Below, in pieces: positions 48,847 through 59,599 of a stretch of 64,000 nt of DNA; the stretch's first letter is position 1; every line of letters begins with the position of its first letter. The stretch covers positions 38,300 through 102,299 of the forward strand of contig JAOUHU010000005.1 of NCBI GenBank assembly GCA_029884455.1. Direction: 5' to 3'. Source of the stretch: Gammaproteobacteria bacterium (GTDB lineage Bacteria; Pseudomonadota; Gammaproteobacteria; Steroidobacterales; Woeseiaceae). Under the pieces are notes generated by a model. That model was not told the origin of the DNA, did no database searches, and saw nothing but the letters and a program-made list of their open reading frames with translations. The translations under genes were made by a program, and so were the position numbers.

Positions 48847-49986
48847 ATGGCTAAACGCGATTTTTACGACGTACTTGGAATTTCGAAATCGGCCTCTGCT
48901 GACGAAATCAAGAAGGCGTATCGTCGCCTGGCAATGAAGCACCACCCGGATCGCAATACCGGCGATGCATCCGCAGAGGCAAAGTTCAAGGAAGCCAAGG
49001 AAGCCTACGAAGTCCTGAGCGATGCCAACAAGCGCGCAACGTATGATCGCTTTGGTCATGAAGGCATGAGCATGGGCCAGGGCGGTCACGCTGGCTTCAG
49101 CGCCGAGGGCTTCGGCGATATTTTCGGCGACATATTCGGTGACGCGTTTGGCGACATCCTCGGCGGCGGCCGACGCCGAGGCCGGCAGGTCTACCGCGGC
49201 GCAGATCTTGGGTATGAGCTGGCTCTCGATCTCGAAAATGCCGTCAGGGGTGACTCGGTCACGATTGACGTACCGACCCAAGTGGGATGCGAGGCCTGCG
49301 CGGGATCCGGCGCCAGGAAAGGCACCCAGCCGGCAAGCTGCGGCACGTGCAAGGGAGCGGGTCAGGTCCGCATGCAACGCGGACACTTCTCGATTCAGCA
49401 GGCGTGCCCGGCATGTAAAGGGGCGGGTACCGTGATCGAGGCTCCATGCCCGGAATGCGCTGGTCGAGGAAGGCTGCGAAAGACCAAGACCCTGGCAGTG
49501 AAGGTCCCGGCAGGCGTCGATGATGGCGATCGTATTCGCCTCTCGGGGGAAGGCGAGGCCGGGCGCAACGGTGGGCCACCTGGCGACCTGTACGTCGAAA
49601 TTCGCGTCAACCCGCACAAACTGTTTACGCGAGAGGGCGCCGATCTTTCCTGCGAGGTGCCGCTCAGCTTCGCGACAGCGACCCTGGGTGGTGAAGTCGA
49701 ACTGCCGACGCTAAACGGCCATGTCTCTTTGAAGGTCCCGCCCGGTACCCAGTCAGGCAAGGTCTTTCGCCTGCGTGGCAAAGGGGTCATCACGGTCCGC
49801 GACGCACGCTCCGGTGACCTGTTTGCGAAAGTTGCGGTTGAAACCCCAATTAACCTGACCGCCGAGCAGAAGAAACTGCTGGAGAAATTCGAAAAATCAA
49901 TTCATGCCGGCGGTGACCGGCACAGTCCGCGGGCCGGTGGCTGGATCGATTCCGTGAAGCGGTTTTTCGAACGCATCAGCCCTTAG
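48847..49986 (+). CDS. dnaJ: Co-chaperone DnaJ
   Basis: Start at ATG 48847 ([11 protein letters not shown]). HPD motif, G/F region, four CxxCxGxG zinc-finger repeats. Confidence 0.95.
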   Translation: MAKRDFYDVLGISKSASADEIKKAYRRLAMKHHPDRNTGDASAEAKFKEAKEAYEVLSDANKRATYDRFGHEGMSMGQGGHAGFSAEGFGDIFGDIFGDAFGDILGGGRRRGRQVYRGADLGYELALDLENAVRGDSVTIDVPTQVGCEACAGSGARKGTQPASCGTCKGAGQVRMQRGHFSIQQACPACKGAGTVIEAPCPECAGRGRLRKTKTLAVKVPAGVDDGDRIRLSGEGEAGRNGGPPGDLYVEIRVNPHKLFTREGADLSCEVPLSFATATLGGEVELPTLNGHVSLKVPPGTQSGKVFRLRGKGVITVRDARSGDLFAKVAVETPINLTAEQKKLLEKFEKSIHAGGDRHSPRAGGWIDSVKRFFERISP

Positions 49987-49997
49987 GAGTCCATTCC

Positions 49998-50696
49998 ATT
50001 AAAGATGTTCGCATAGCTGTAGCCGGCGCTGGCCGCATGGGGCAGGCCGTTAAGCAGGCGATCGAAAATACCGGCGGCGTGCAGCTTGCGGGTATCTGGT
50101 CACGCGGCGAGTCGCTGCAAAAGATCGTCGCGGGTGCGGACGTACTGATTGATTTCAGCCTGCCGGCAGCCACCGCGGAGGTGCTCGCAGTTGCGGACAA
50201 GCAGCGCTTGCCGCTGGTGTGCGGTGTGAGTGGGCTCGATAGCGAGCAAATGCGAGCGCTGCAAGAAACCGCACAGCAGATTCCGCTCGTATTTGACCGC
50301 AACATGAGCCAGGGCATCTCGGTGCTCAGCGAGTTGGCAGGGCGCGCTGCAAGGTCGTTGGGCGCCGAATTTTGCGCGGCGATTCACGAGGTACATCATG
50401 TGCACAAGATCGATGCACCCTCCGGCACAGCCCTGCAGCTGGGGGAAAGAATCGTGACAGCGCGGGCGACCGGCGAAGCGGGCGATGCGGTTCGTTACAC
50501 CTATGAGCGACGCGGTGAAGTGCCGGGCGATCACACGATAACGTTTAGCAGCCCCAGTGAAACCCTGACTCTGGGCCACAGTGTCAGCAACCGAAGCGTA
50601 TTCGCTGCCGGTGCCTTGCGCGCTGCGCGCTGGGTAATCCTGCAGCCGCCTGGCTTGTATCGCATGCGCGATGTTTTATTTGCCGGCGACGAATGA
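49998..50696 (+). CDS. dapB: 4-hydroxy-tetrahydrodipicolinate reductase; start codon uncertain (probably non-ATG)
   Basis: The conserved N-terminal dinucleotide-binding motif RIAVAGAGRMG is encoded upstream of the first in-frame ATG (50037). AGGAG (49985-49989) sits 8 nt before an in-frame ATT at 49998. The downstream sequence EVHHVHKIDAPSGTAL is typical of DapB. Confidence 0.8.
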   Translation: MKDVRIAVAGAGRMGQAVKQAIENTGGVQLAGIWSRGESLQKIVAGADVLIDFSLPAATAEVLAVADKQRLPLVCGVSGLDSEQMRALQETAQQIPLVFDRNMSQGISVLSELAGRAARSLGAEFCAAIHEVHHVHKIDAPSGTALQLGERIVTARATGEAGDAVRYTYERRGEVPGDHTITFSSPSETLTLGHSVSNRSVFAAGALRAARWVILQPPGLYRMRDVLFAGDE

Positions 50697-50779
50697 CAAA
50701 TAATGGCGGTCTGGTCTGGCGGGATCGGTCGCGCTTCAGTAGACTACGCCGGATCGCTGGGCGGTCAGTGATTTCAGGA

Positions 50780-50805
50780 GCGGGAGGCAGTGCCCTTCCG
50801 CTTTT
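50780..50805 (+). terminator. Hairpin plus T-run between dapB and carA (dapB terminator or carA leader attenuator)
   Basis: GCGGGAGG-cagtgc-CCTTCCGC (8 bp, one G-U) followed by TTTT. It lies 84 nt after the dapB stop and 60 nt before the carA start. Confidence 0.4.
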
Positions 50806-50865
50806 GTGCATCTGCGACCGGCACCCGCTTGCGATCTTGGTTTCGCATCTGACTGAGGGTCGCTT

Positions 50866-52023
50866 TTGGTAACGCCTGCTGTTCTGGCACTGCAAGACGG
50901 AACGATATTTCACGGCACGTCGGTCGGTGCTGCTGGCAAAACTATCGGCGAAGTCGTGTTCAATACCGCGATGACCGGCTACCAGGAAATACTGACCGAT
51001 CCGTCCTATTGCCGCCAGATCGTAACCCTTACGTACCCGCACATCGGCAACACCGGTACCAACAGCGAAGACATGGAGTCGTCACGAACGCATGCCTCGG
51101 GGCTGATAATTCGGGACAGTTCCATGGTCAACAGCAGTTGGCGCTGTGAGCGATCTTTCAGCGAATTCCTGCGCCAGGGTGGCACCGTCGCGATTGCGGA
51201 CATCGATACACGGAAACTGACTCGAATTATTCGCGAAAAGGGCGCGCAGTCGGGTTGCATCATGACTGGTGAGGTTAATCCGGACACAGCGATTGCGCAC
51301 GCGCGCAAGTTTCCCGGCATTGCGGGTATGGACCTCGCCAGGATCGTGACCACCAGCAGGTCTTACCAGTGGTGCCATGGCACGTCTTTTGGTCGCCGCG
51401 CCAGGATCCTGAGCCGACGGATTGCACCCTATCACGTAGTCGCCTACGACTTCGGTATCAAGCGCAATATCCTGCGGCTATTGTCCGATCTTGACTGTCG
51501 CATGACGGTCGTGCCGGCGAAGACCACGGCTGACGAAGTGCTGGCGCTGTTGCCGGACGGCATTTTCCTGTCCAATGGTCCGGGAGATCCGGAACCGTGC
51601 GTATATGCCATCGCGGCAATTCGCGAATTTCTGAACACCGGGATTCCGGTATTTGGCATCTGCCTCGGGCATCAATTGCTCGGACTGGCGGCGGGCGCCA
51701 GTACGGTAAAGATGAAGTTCGGTCATCATGGCGCCAATCACCCCGTGCAGGATCTTGCCACCGGCAAAGTCATGATTACGAGCCAGAATCACGGCTTTGC
51801 GGTGGATGAAACGACCCTGCCGGATAACGTGCAGGCGACACATCGGTCCCTGTTCGACGGCAGCTTGCAGGGCATAGAGTTTACCGACCGGCCTGCATTC
51901 AGCTTCCAGGGGCACCCGGAGGCGAGCCCGGGACCACACGATCTGGCCTCACTGTTCGACCGCTTTATCCACGACATGGACGCCAGGAAACTCACAACCA
52001 AGCGCGCTGTGATTTCAACTTAG
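50866..52023 (+). CDS. carA: Carbamoyl-phosphate synthase small (glutaminase) subunit
   Basis: 385 aa, TTG start. [13 protein letters not shown]-type N-terminus, GICLGHQLL catalytic Cys, HHGANHPV. Confidence 0.95.
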   Translation: MVTPAVLALQDGTIFHGTSVGAAGKTIGEVVFNTAMTGYQEILTDPSYCRQIVTLTYPHIGNTGTNSEDMESSRTHASGLIIRDSSMVNSSWRCERSFSEFLRQGGTVAIADIDTRKLTRIIREKGAQSGCIMTGEVNPDTAIAHARKFPGIAGMDLARIVTTSRSYQWCHGTSFGRRARILSRRIAPYHVVAYDFGIKRNILRLLSDLDCRMTVVPAKTTADEVLALLPDGIFLSNGPGDPEPCVYAIAAIREFLNTGIPVFGICLGHQLLGLAAGASTVKMKFGHHGANHPVQDLATGKVMITSQNHGFAVDETTLPDNVQATHRSLFDGSLQGIEFTDRPAFSFQGHPEASPGPHDLASLFDRFIHDMDARKLTTKRAVIST

Positions 52024-52078
52024 ATTTTTAAAACAAATAGTTAGAGACGATTCTTAATGAAGATTATCGTGATTGCGC

Positions 52079-55000
52079 ATGCCCAAGCGCACTGACATCG
52101 ACAGCGTGCTGATCATTGGCGCCGGTCCAATCGTGATCGGTCAGGCTTGTGAATTTGACTACTCCGGGGCGCAGGCCTGCAAGGCTTTGAAGGAAGAGGG
52201 CTACCGGGTCATCCTGGTTAACTCGAATCCTGCCACCATCATGACCGACCCGGAGACGGCCGATGCGATCTACATTGAACCGGTCCACTGGACGGCGGTG
52301 CGCCAGATAATTGAGAAAGAACGCCCGGACGCGTTGTTGCCGACGATGGGTGGCCAGACCGCGCTGAACTGTGCTCTCGACCTGGCACGAGAAGGGGTGT
52401 TGGAGAAATACAACGTCGAAATGATCGCGGCCTCTCGCGAAGCCATTGACATGGCAGAAGACCGCGAACTGTTTCGCGAGGCGATGCGCGAAATCGGCCT
52501 GGAGGTCGCGAAGGCGACGATCGCGCACACGCTCGAGGAAGCGCTGGAGAAACAGCCGGAGATCGGTTTTCCTACAATCATAAGGCCGTCATTTACGCTC
52601 GGCGGCAGTGGTGGCGGCATCGCCTACAATCGCGAGGAACTCGAAGCCATCGTGGCGCACGGCCTCGAGATGTCGCCAACTAACGAGGTGTTGCTGGAAG
52701 AATCTGTACTCGGCTGGAAAGAGTTCGAGATGGAGGTGGTGCGGGACCGAAACGACAATTGCATCATCGTTTGCGCTATAGAAAATGTCGATCCTATGGG
52801 CGTGCACACGGGCGACTCGATCACGGTCGCGCCCGCGCAGACGCTCACCGACAAGGAATATCAGCGCCTGCGGAACGCCTCAATTGAGGTATTGCGCAAG
52901 ATCGGCGTGGCAACGGGCGGTTCAAACGTGCAATTCGCGATCAACCCGGTCGATGGCCGTGTGTTGGTCATCGAAATGAATCCACGTGTTTCAAGATCAT
53001 CAGCCCTGGCCTCCAAGGCGACCGGGTTTCCGATCGCAAAGGTCGCGGCCAAGCTGGCGATCGGCTACACGCTGGATGAACTGCAGAATGATATTACCGG
53101 TGGCGCCACACCCGCTTCGTTCGAGCCCAGTATCGACTATGTTGTTACCAAGGTGCCGCGGTTTACGTTTGAAAAATTCAAGGGCGCCAATGACCGTCTG
53201 ACTACGCAGATGAAATCGGTCGGTGAAGTGATGGCAATCGGCCGCACTTTCCAGGAATCGCTGCAAAAGGCGTTGCGTGGGCTGGAGACCGGCATTTCCG
53301 GGTTCGATGAGTTGATAAGCTCGATTGACCAGGAAGCAGATCGTGATCGTCTGCGCCACGAATTACGAGTTCCTGGCGCAAACCGATTGCGCTATGTTGC
53401 CGATGCAATACGGCTCGGCTACTCGATCGACGATGTGGCCAAGGTCACCGCTATCGATCCCTGGTTCATCGCCCAGATCGAAGACCTGATGCAGACTGAA
53501 CAGCAGATTCGCGATGCCGGCTTGCCGGGCCTGAATGCGGCGTTGCTCCGATCCGCAAAACGCAAGGGATTTTCGGATGCTCGCCTGGCGAAAGTTCTGG
53601 GCGTGGCGGAACCGGCCGTGCGCAAGCGCAGGCTGGAGCACAAGTTGCACCCGGTCTACAAACGCGTGGATACCTGTGCAGCCGAATTTGCAACCACCAC
53701 GGCTTACCTGTATTCGACCTATGAAGATGAATGCGAGGCGCAACCGAGCGATCGGCCGAAGATCATGATTCTTGGTGGCGGTCCGAATCGTATCGGGCAG
53801 GGCATTGAGTTTGATTACTGCTGCGTGCACGCGGCCCTCGCCCTCAAGGAATCCGGCTACGAAACCATCATGGTTAACTGCAATCCGGAGACAGTGTCGA
53901 CCGACTATGACACCTCGGATCGTTTGTACTTCGAGTCGCTGACGTTTGAAGATGTAATGGAGCTGATTCGCAGGGAGAAGCCGAAAGGTGTGATCGTCCA
54001 GTACGGCGGGCAGACACCGTTGAAGCTGGCGCGCGACCTGGAGGCTGCCGGGGCGCCGATTATTGGTACGACGCCTGATTCCATTGACCTGGCCGAAGAT
54101 CGCAAGCGATTTCAGAAACTCGTGGACAGCCTGGGCCTGAAGCAGCCGCCGAATCGCACCGCCAGCAGCAAAGCCGAAGCACTGGTGTTAAGTCCTGAAG
54201 TGGGGTTTCCGTTGGTGGTCCGGCCGTCCTATGTGCTGGGCGGACGCGCCATGGAAGTGGTGCACAACCAGGATGATCTTGCCAACTACATGGATGCTGC
54301 AATCGACGTCTCGAACAGCAGCCCGGTTCTGCTTGACCGGTTTCTCGATCTGGCCATAGAAGTCGATGTCGATTGCATCAGCGACGGTGAGCATGTACTT
54401 ATTGGTGGCATTATGGAGCACATTGAGCAGGCCGGCGTGCATTCTGGCGATTCGGGCTGTTCCTTGCCGCCGTTCAGTCTTTCGCATGAATTACAGGAGG
54501 ACTTGAAGGCGCAGTCCGTCAAGCTCGCAAAGGCCCTGAACGTCGTAGGTCTGATGAACGTGCAGTATGCCATTCAGAACAATGTGGTTTACCTGTTGGA
54601 AGTGAATCCGCGTGCATCGCGCACGATACCGTTCGTGTCAAAGGCGATTGGTATTCCGCTTGCCAAGATCGCAGCTAAGGTCATGGTCGGTGAAACGCTG
54701 GCCAGGCAGGGTTACGTGAATCAGCGCAATCCAGGTTACTACTCGGTCAAGGAAGCGGTGTTCCCGTTCGTCAAGTTTCCTGGCGCGGACCCGATCCTGG
54801 GCCCGGAGATGAAATCAACCGGCGAGGTGATGGGCGTTGGCCGTTCTTTCGGCGAGGCTTATGCCAAAGCGCAGCTCGCATCCGGGGTGCATCTGCCGCG
54901 GCAGGGTAATGCGCTGCTCAGCGTGCGGGACCGGGACAAAGACGGCGCGGTTGAACTCGCCCGACTGCTCGAAGCCTGCGGCTTTGATATCGTTGCAACA

Positions 55001-55303
55001 CATGGTACCGCGCGGCACCTTGCTGCCGCCGGGATCTCGTGTCGCCGTGCCAACAAGGTTCGGGAGGGCAGGCCGCATATTGTGGACATGATAAAAAATC
55101 GTGAAATCGACCTCATCGTGAATACGACCGAGGGCAAGCAGGCGATCGTTGAGTCCGAATCGATTCGATCCGAAGCCGTGCGCCGTGGCGTAACTTACTA
55201 CACGACCATTGCTGCGGGAATTGCTACCTGCAAGGCCCTGGAGTACCTCGATAACGGCGAAGTGAATCGACTTCAGGACCTGCACAAGGAGGTGGCAGCA
55301 TGA
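52079..55303 (+). CDS. carB: Carbamoyl-phosphate synthase large subunit
   Basis: Start at ATG 52079 ([30 protein letters not shown]). Duplicated ATP-grasp halves and an MGS-like C-terminus; 1074 aa. Confidence 0.97.
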   Translation: MPKRTDIDSVLIIGAGPIVIGQACEFDYSGAQACKALKEEGYRVILVNSNPATIMTDPETADAIYIEPVHWTAVRQIIEKERPDALLPTMGGQTALNCALDLAREGVLEKYNVEMIAASREAIDMAEDRELFREAMREIGLEVAKATIAHTLEEALEKQPEIGFPTIIRPSFTLGGSGGGIAYNREELEAIVAHGLEMSPTNEVLLEESVLGWKEFEMEVVRDRNDNCIIVCAIENVDPMGVHTGDSITVAPAQTLTDKEYQRLRNASIEVLRKIGVATGGSNVQFAINPVDGRVLVIEMNPRVSRSSALASKATGFPIAKVAAKLAIGYTLDELQNDITGGATPASFEPSIDYVVTKVPRFTFEKFKGANDRLTTQMKSVGEVMAIGRTFQESLQKALRGLETGISGFDELISSIDQEADRDRLRHELRVPGANRLRYVADAIRLGYSIDDVAKVTAIDPWFIAQIEDLMQTEQQIRDAGLPGLNAALLRSAKRKGFSDARLAKVLGVAEPAVRKRRLEHKLHPVYKRVDTCAAEFATTTAYLYSTYEDECEAQPSDRPKIMILGGGPNRIGQGIEFDYCCVHAALALKESGYETIMVNCNPETVSTDYDTSDRLYFESLTFEDVMELIRREKPKGVIVQYGGQTPLKLARDLEAAGAPIIGTTPDSIDLAEDRKRFQKLVDSLGLKQPPNRTASSKAEALVLSPEVGFPLVVRPSYVLGGRAMEVVHNQDDLANYMDAAIDVSNSSPVLLDRFLDLAIEVDVDCISDGEHVLIGGIMEHIEQAGVHSGDSGCSLPPFSLSHELQEDLKAQSVKLAKALNVVGLMNVQYAIQNNVVYLLEVNPRASRTIPFVSKAIGIPLAKIAAKVMVGETLARQGYVNQRNPGYYSVKEAVFPFVKFPGADPILGPEMKSTGEVMGVGRSFGEAYAKAQLASGVHLPRQGNALLSVRDRDKDGAVELARLLEACGFDIVATHGTARHLAAAGISCRRANKVREGRPHIVDMIKNREIDLIVNTTEGKQAIVESESIRSEAVRRGVTYYTTIAAGIATCKALEYLDNGEVNRLQDLHKEVAA

Positions 55304-55782
55304 ACAAGGTGCCTATGACAGTGCGCGGCCATGAGCTTTTGCAGGAGGAACTGAAACGCCTGAAAGGAGTTGATCGACCGTCTGTTATCCAGGCGATCGC
55401 GGAAGCCCGGGCGCATGGCGACCTGAAAGAAAACGCTGAATATCATGCTGCGAAAGAACAGCAGGGATTCATTGAAGGTCGCATCAAGGAACTTGAGGCC
55501 AAGCTCTCGAACTTACAGGTTATCGATGTGACCGCAATCGATGGCAAGGGCAAGATTGTATTTGGCGCAACGGTGGATTTGCTTGATCTTGACGATGAGA
55601 GCGGTAAAGAGATCGTCTATCGTATCGTCGGTGAAGATGAGTCAGATCTGAAACAGGGCCTTATTTCCTATACGTCACCTATGGCGCGTGCCCTGATTGG
55701 GAAATATGAAGGCGACGAGATCAGGTTGTCGGCGCCTGGCGGTGACAAACAGTATGAGGTAATTCGGGTCCGTTACATCTGA
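55300..55782 (+). CDS. greA: Transcription elongation factor GreA
   Basis: 160 aa. [18 protein letters not shown]..., [16 protein letters not shown]. The start overlaps the carB stop (ATGA). Confidence 0.95.
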   Translation: MNKVPMTVRGHELLQEELKRLKGVDRPSVIQAIAEARAHGDLKENAEYHAAKEQQGFIEGRIKELEAKLSNLQVIDVTAIDGKGKIVFGATVDLLDLDDESGKEIVYRIVGEDESDLKQGLISYTSPMARALIGKYEGDEIRLSAPGGDKQYEVIRVRYI

Positions 55783-55791
55783 TTTGCCGGG

Positions 55792-56091
55792 CTATCCTGG
55801 CAGTACTATGCGTTTCTTTTTTTTCAGGTTGGCACGGTACATAAGGGCGATATTGCCGATCCTTTGCACCAATTCAGCCGCGCCGCTGGCACACAATGAC
55901 GCTATGATTTCGGATCGTACTTGCCGATCTCCAGCTCTGACGCTGACTTTGATCAACTCGTGGTGCGCAATGCTGGTCGCAAACTCTTGCAATACCGACT
56001 CGGTCAAACCCGATTCGCCGATCATGACGACGGGCTTCAGGTGGTGGCCAAGGCCGCGCAGGTATTTTTTCTGGGATTCTGAGAGCGCCAT
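55792..56091 (-). CDS. yhbY: CRM-domain RNA-binding protein YhbY
   Basis: Only the last 99 codons of the 273-aa track ORF are genuine: MALSESQKKYLRGLGHHLKPVVMIGESGLTESVL...ELIKV. The upstream extension runs antisense through rlmE. Confidence 0.85.
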   Translation of the reverse strand: MALSESQKKYLRGLGHHLKPVVMIGESGLTESVLQEFATSIAHHELIKVSVRAGDRQVRSEIIASLCASGAAELVQRIGNIALMYRANLKKKKRIVLPG

Positions 56092-56148
56092 GGGCGCGAA
56101 TTGTAACAGTGTGAATGTGTGCCTGCTGCTTGAACTGGGTGAGGCGCG

Positions 56149-56775
56149 ATGAGCAAGCCGCGCGGATCGAGTGTAAGTTGGCGGGAACGGCAGGAGCGCG
56201 ATCCGTATGTGCAGCGCGCACGGCGCGAGGGCTGGCGTTCGCGAGCCGTATACAAATTGCAGGAAATTGACGATGTTGAGCGCCTGCTGCGACATGACAT
56301 GAGCTGTGTCGACCTCGGTGCAGCGCCCGGCAGCTGGAGCCAGTATGTCACGACCAAGCTCAATGGGCGGGCGCGCATCGTAGCTATCGATACGTTGCCA
56401 ATGGATGCCCTTCCGGGTGTCGACTTCATCCGCGGAGACTTCACCGACGAGGCCGTCCTGGAGCAACTTCTGCAAATCGTCGGCGATGCAAGGATTGACC
56501 TTGTAATGAGCGATTTGGCCCCCAATTCCAGTGGTTCCAGGGCCGTCGACCAGCCCAGATCGATGTACCTGGCAGAGCTTGCGCTGGACTTTGCACGCCG
56601 GGTGCTTCGGCATCGTGGCGACTTCGTCTGTAAACTGTTTCAGGGCGCGGGTTTCGACCCTTTTCTGGCGGATGTTCGCAGCTCATTCGGCAGCGTAAAG
56701 GTGCGCAAACCAAAGGCGTCAAGATCTGGCAGTCGTGAGGTGTACTTGGTAGCGAGAAACTATCAATTGGTGTAG
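56149..56775 (+). CDS. rlmE: 23S rRNA (uridine2552-2'-O)-methyltransferase
   Basis: 208 aa. WRSRAVYKLQEID, VDLGAAPGSWSQ, VMSDLAPN, VCKLFQG. Confidence 0.9.
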   Translation: MSKPRGSSVSWRERQERDPYVQRARREGWRSRAVYKLQEIDDVERLLRHDMSCVDLGAAPGSWSQYVTTKLNGRARIVAIDTLPMDALPGVDFIRGDFTDEAVLEQLLQIVGDARIDLVMSDLAPNSSGSRAVDQPRSMYLAELALDFARRVLRHRGDFVCKLFQGAGFDPFLADVRSSFGSVKVRKPKASRSGSREVYLVARNYQLV

Positions 56776-56841
56776 TGTCTAAACAGCAGTAAGCAGCTAA
56801 CTCCTTAATTTTACTGGCGCAATTCGCCTCGGATTCGGAAA

Positions 56842-58770
56842 GTGAATGATCTGACAAAAAATGTCCTGGTTTTTATCGTAATCATTGTCGTACTGCTGTC
56901 GGTAGTACAGGGACTGTCTGGCGGCAACAGTGGCCAGCCGCGCTCAGTGAGCTATTCGGATTTCCTGGCCGAGGTCAGATCCGGCAATGTCGATGTTGTA
57001 GAGTTCTCTGAATCGAATACGCGCATAGCTTTTGGTGCCAACAGGCAGCTCGACAAATACACGATCAACCCGGAGACCGACACCGGCCCGCTGGTCGATA
57101 TGCTGATCAAGAATGGCGTGCAGTTCAGCGCTGTGGAGCCGCCCTCGCAAAGCATTATCGGCCAGCTGCTGTTCAGTTCCTTCCCGATCCTTTTGCTGAT
57201 CGGTGTCTGGATCTACTTTATGCGCCAGATGCAAGGCGGCGGCGGTGGCCGTGGCGCGATGTCATTCGGCAAGAGCAAAGCGCGGCTGCTCGGCGAAGAT
57301 CAGGTCAACGTCACCTTTGCCGACGTGGCTGGAATTGATGAGGCCAAAGAGGAAGTCTCCGAGATCGTCGATTTCCTCAAGGACCCGAGCAAATTTCAAC
57401 GCCTTGGCGGCAAGATTCCGAAGGGAGTTCTGATGGTCGGTTCGCCGGGTACCGGCAAGACGCTGCTGGCGCGGGCGATTGCAGGTGAGGCGAAAGTGCC
57501 GTTCTTTACGATTTCCGGGTCGGACTTCGTAGAAATGTTTGTCGGCGTCGGTGCGTCACGCGTGCGGGACATGTTTGATCAGGCCAAAAAGCAAGCGCCG
57601 TGCATTATTTTCATTGACGAACTCGATGCTGTTGGCCGGCATCGCGGTGCGGGTCTCGGTGGTGGACACGACGAGCGAGAGCAAACCCTGAACCAGATGC
57701 TGGTCGAGATGGACGGATTTGAGGGCACCGAGGGCGTGATTGTTATCGCCGCGACCAACCGGCCCGATGTACTCGATCCCGCTTTGTTGCGACCGGGAAG
57801 ATTTGATCGCCAGGTTGTGGTGCCATTGCCCGATATTCGCGGGCGCGAGCTCATCCTCAAGGTGCATATGCGAAAAGTGCCGCTGGATGAGGACGTGCAG
57901 CCGAGCCTGATTGCACGTGGCACGCCAGGTTTCTCCGGCGCCGACCTCGCAAATCTGGTCAATGAGGCGGCACTGTTTGCAGCACGGGGCAATCGTCGCG
58001 TCGTCAGCATGGAGCATTTTGAAAAAGCGAAAGACAAGATCATGATGGGTGCCGAGCGGCGCTCCATGGTTATGAGTGAGCAGGAAAAGCTGAATACGGC
58101 CTATCACGAGGCCGGCCATGCGATCGTCGGATTTCGTGTGCCGGAGCACGACCCGGTATACAAGGTCACCATTATTCCGCGCGGTCGCGCACTGGGCGTG
58201 ACCATGTATTTACCCGAGGAGGATCGCTACAGCACCTCGAAACAATTGCTCGAAAGTCGGATTTCGACCTTGTTTGGCGGGCGCCTGGCCGAAGAGATGA
58301 TATTCGGCGCGGAGGCGGTTACTACGGGTGCCTCGAACGATATCGAGCGTGCCACGGAAATTGCACGCAATATGGTCACGAAATGGGGATTGTCGGATCG
58401 ACTCGGACCGTTGACCTACTCTGAGGAAGACGGCGAGGTTTTTCTCGGCCGTTCGGTCACCCAGCACAAGCATGTTTCCGACGAAACGGCGAACGCTATC
58501 GATGGCGAGGTCCGCGCCATCATTGATCGCAACTACCAGCGCGCCAAGGAAATACTCGAAAATCATCGTGAAGAATTGCACGTCATGGCGAAAGCATTGA
58601 TCAAATACGAGACGATCAACCACGCCCAGATTGTCGAGATCATGGATGGCAAGCAGCCCAGCCCGCCCGAAGGCTGGGACGAGGCGCCGCCACCGGTCGA
58701 CGGTTCGGGACCGAAGTCGCCGCGGAGCGAGCCTTCCGGTTCGATTGGTGGTCCTGCGAGCGAGCACTAG
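56842..58770 (+). CDS. ftsH: ATP-dependent zinc metalloprotease FtsH
   Basis: 642 aa, GTG start. Two N-terminal TM segments, Walker [22 protein letters not shown] zinc site. Confidence 0.97.
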   Translation: MNDLTKNVLVFIVIIVVLLSVVQGLSGGNSGQPRSVSYSDFLAEVRSGNVDVVEFSESNTRIAFGANRQLDKYTINPETDTGPLVDMLIKNGVQFSAVEPPSQSIIGQLLFSSFPILLLIGVWIYFMRQMQGGGGGRGAMSFGKSKARLLGEDQVNVTFADVAGIDEAKEEVSEIVDFLKDPSKFQRLGGKIPKGVLMVGSPGTGKTLLARAIAGEAKVPFFTISGSDFVEMFVGVGASRVRDMFDQAKKQAPCIIFIDELDAVGRHRGAGLGGGHDEREQTLNQMLVEMDGFEGTEGVIVIAATNRPDVLDPALLRPGRFDRQVVVPLPDIRGRELILKVHMRKVPLDEDVQPSLIARGTPGFSGADLANLVNEAALFAARGNRRVVSMEHFEKAKDKIMMGAERRSMVMSEQEKLNTAYHEAGHAIVGFRVPEHDPVYKVTIIPRGRALGVTMYLPEEDRYSTSKQLLESRISTLFGGRLAEEMIFGAEAVTTGASNDIERATEIARNMVTKWGLSDRLGPLTYSEEDGEVFLGRSVTQHKHVSDETANAIDGEVRAIIDRNYQRAKEILENHREELHVMAKALIKYETINHAQIVEIMDGKQPSPPEGWDEAPPPVDGSGPKSPRSEPSGSIGGPASEH

Positions 58771-58783
58771 CTCCACGCCGCGC

Positions 58784-59599
58784 ATGCTCGGCCTGAATTT
58801 CCCGAGCGTCATGGGCGTGCTCAATGTCACGCCTGATTCTTTTTCCGACGGTGGCCGATTCGCGAATAAGGACCGCGCGCTGCGGCAGGCGCGGCAGATG
58901 ATCGCAGACGGCGCAGCGATTCTTGACGTCGGCGGTGAGTCGACCCGACCGGGTGCTGCGGTCGTAAGCGAACAGCGGGAGCTTGACCGCGTTATTCCGG
59001 TTATCGAGGCGATCAGGGCCGAATCTGAGATCCCGATCTCAATCGATAGCAGCAAGCCGGGCGTCATGCGCGCGGCCGTTGCCGCAGGCGCGGTCTTGAT
59101 CAACGATGTGCGCGCATTGCAGGCCGACGGTGCAATGGCGACGGCGGTCGATTTGCAGGCACCGGTGTGCCTGATGCACATGCAGGGCGATCCGCGCAGC
59201 ATGCAGATCAAGCCACATTATGTTGACGTTGTGGCGGAGGTCACACAGTTCCTTGAAGAACGCGTGGCAGAATGCGTTGCGGCCGGCTTGCGAAGGGAGC
59301 TGCTGCTTGTCGATCCCGGCTTCGGCTTCGGCAAGACCGCGGCACAAAATGTTGAGTTGCTGGCAAATCTGCGACAATTGCAGCGGATCGGCTGCCCGGT
59401 GTTGATTGGTATCTCGCGAAAATCGACGCTGGGCGCGATCTCGGGCCGGGACGTCGATGATCGCATGGCTGCCAGCATTGCAGCGGCTGTTTTCGCGGTG
59501 TTGCAGGGTGCCCAGATTATCCGGGCGCATGACGTCAAGGAAACCGTCGATGCGATACGTGTCGCAGAATGTTTGGCTAAGGCAGGCAAAGGGCAATGA
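58784..59599 (+). CDS. folP: Dihydropteroate synthase
   Basis: Start at ATG 58784 (MLGLNFPSVMGVLNVTPDSFSDGG). DVGGESTRPG, GISRKS, IIRAHDV. Confidence 0.9.
   Translation: MLGLNFPSVMGVLNVTPDSFSDGGRFANKDRALRQARQMIADGAAILDVGGESTRPGAAVVSEQRELDRVIPVIEAIRAESEIPISIDSSKPGVMRAAVAAGAVLINDVRALQADGAMATAVDLQAPVCLMHMQGDPRSMQIKPHYVDVVAEVTQFLEERVAECVAAGLRRELLLVDPGFGFGKTAAQNVELLANLRQLQRIGCPVLIGISRKSTLGAISGRDVDDRMAASIAAAVFAVLQGAQIIRAHDVKETVDAIRVAECLAKAGKGQ

Noticed and set aside
48520-49617. 365-aa ORF antisense to the dnaK 3' end and dnaJ
   Set aside because: It overlaps two certain genes and the dnaK-dnaJ hairpin. The composition is Ala/Arg/Leu-rich, as expected from the reverse frame of GC-rich coding DNA. 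It has no start context.
56092-56613. N-terminal 174 codons of the 273-aa track ORF 55792-56613
   Set aside because: Only the last 99 codons match YhbY. The extension runs antisense through rlmE and is an artefact of an open antisense frame.
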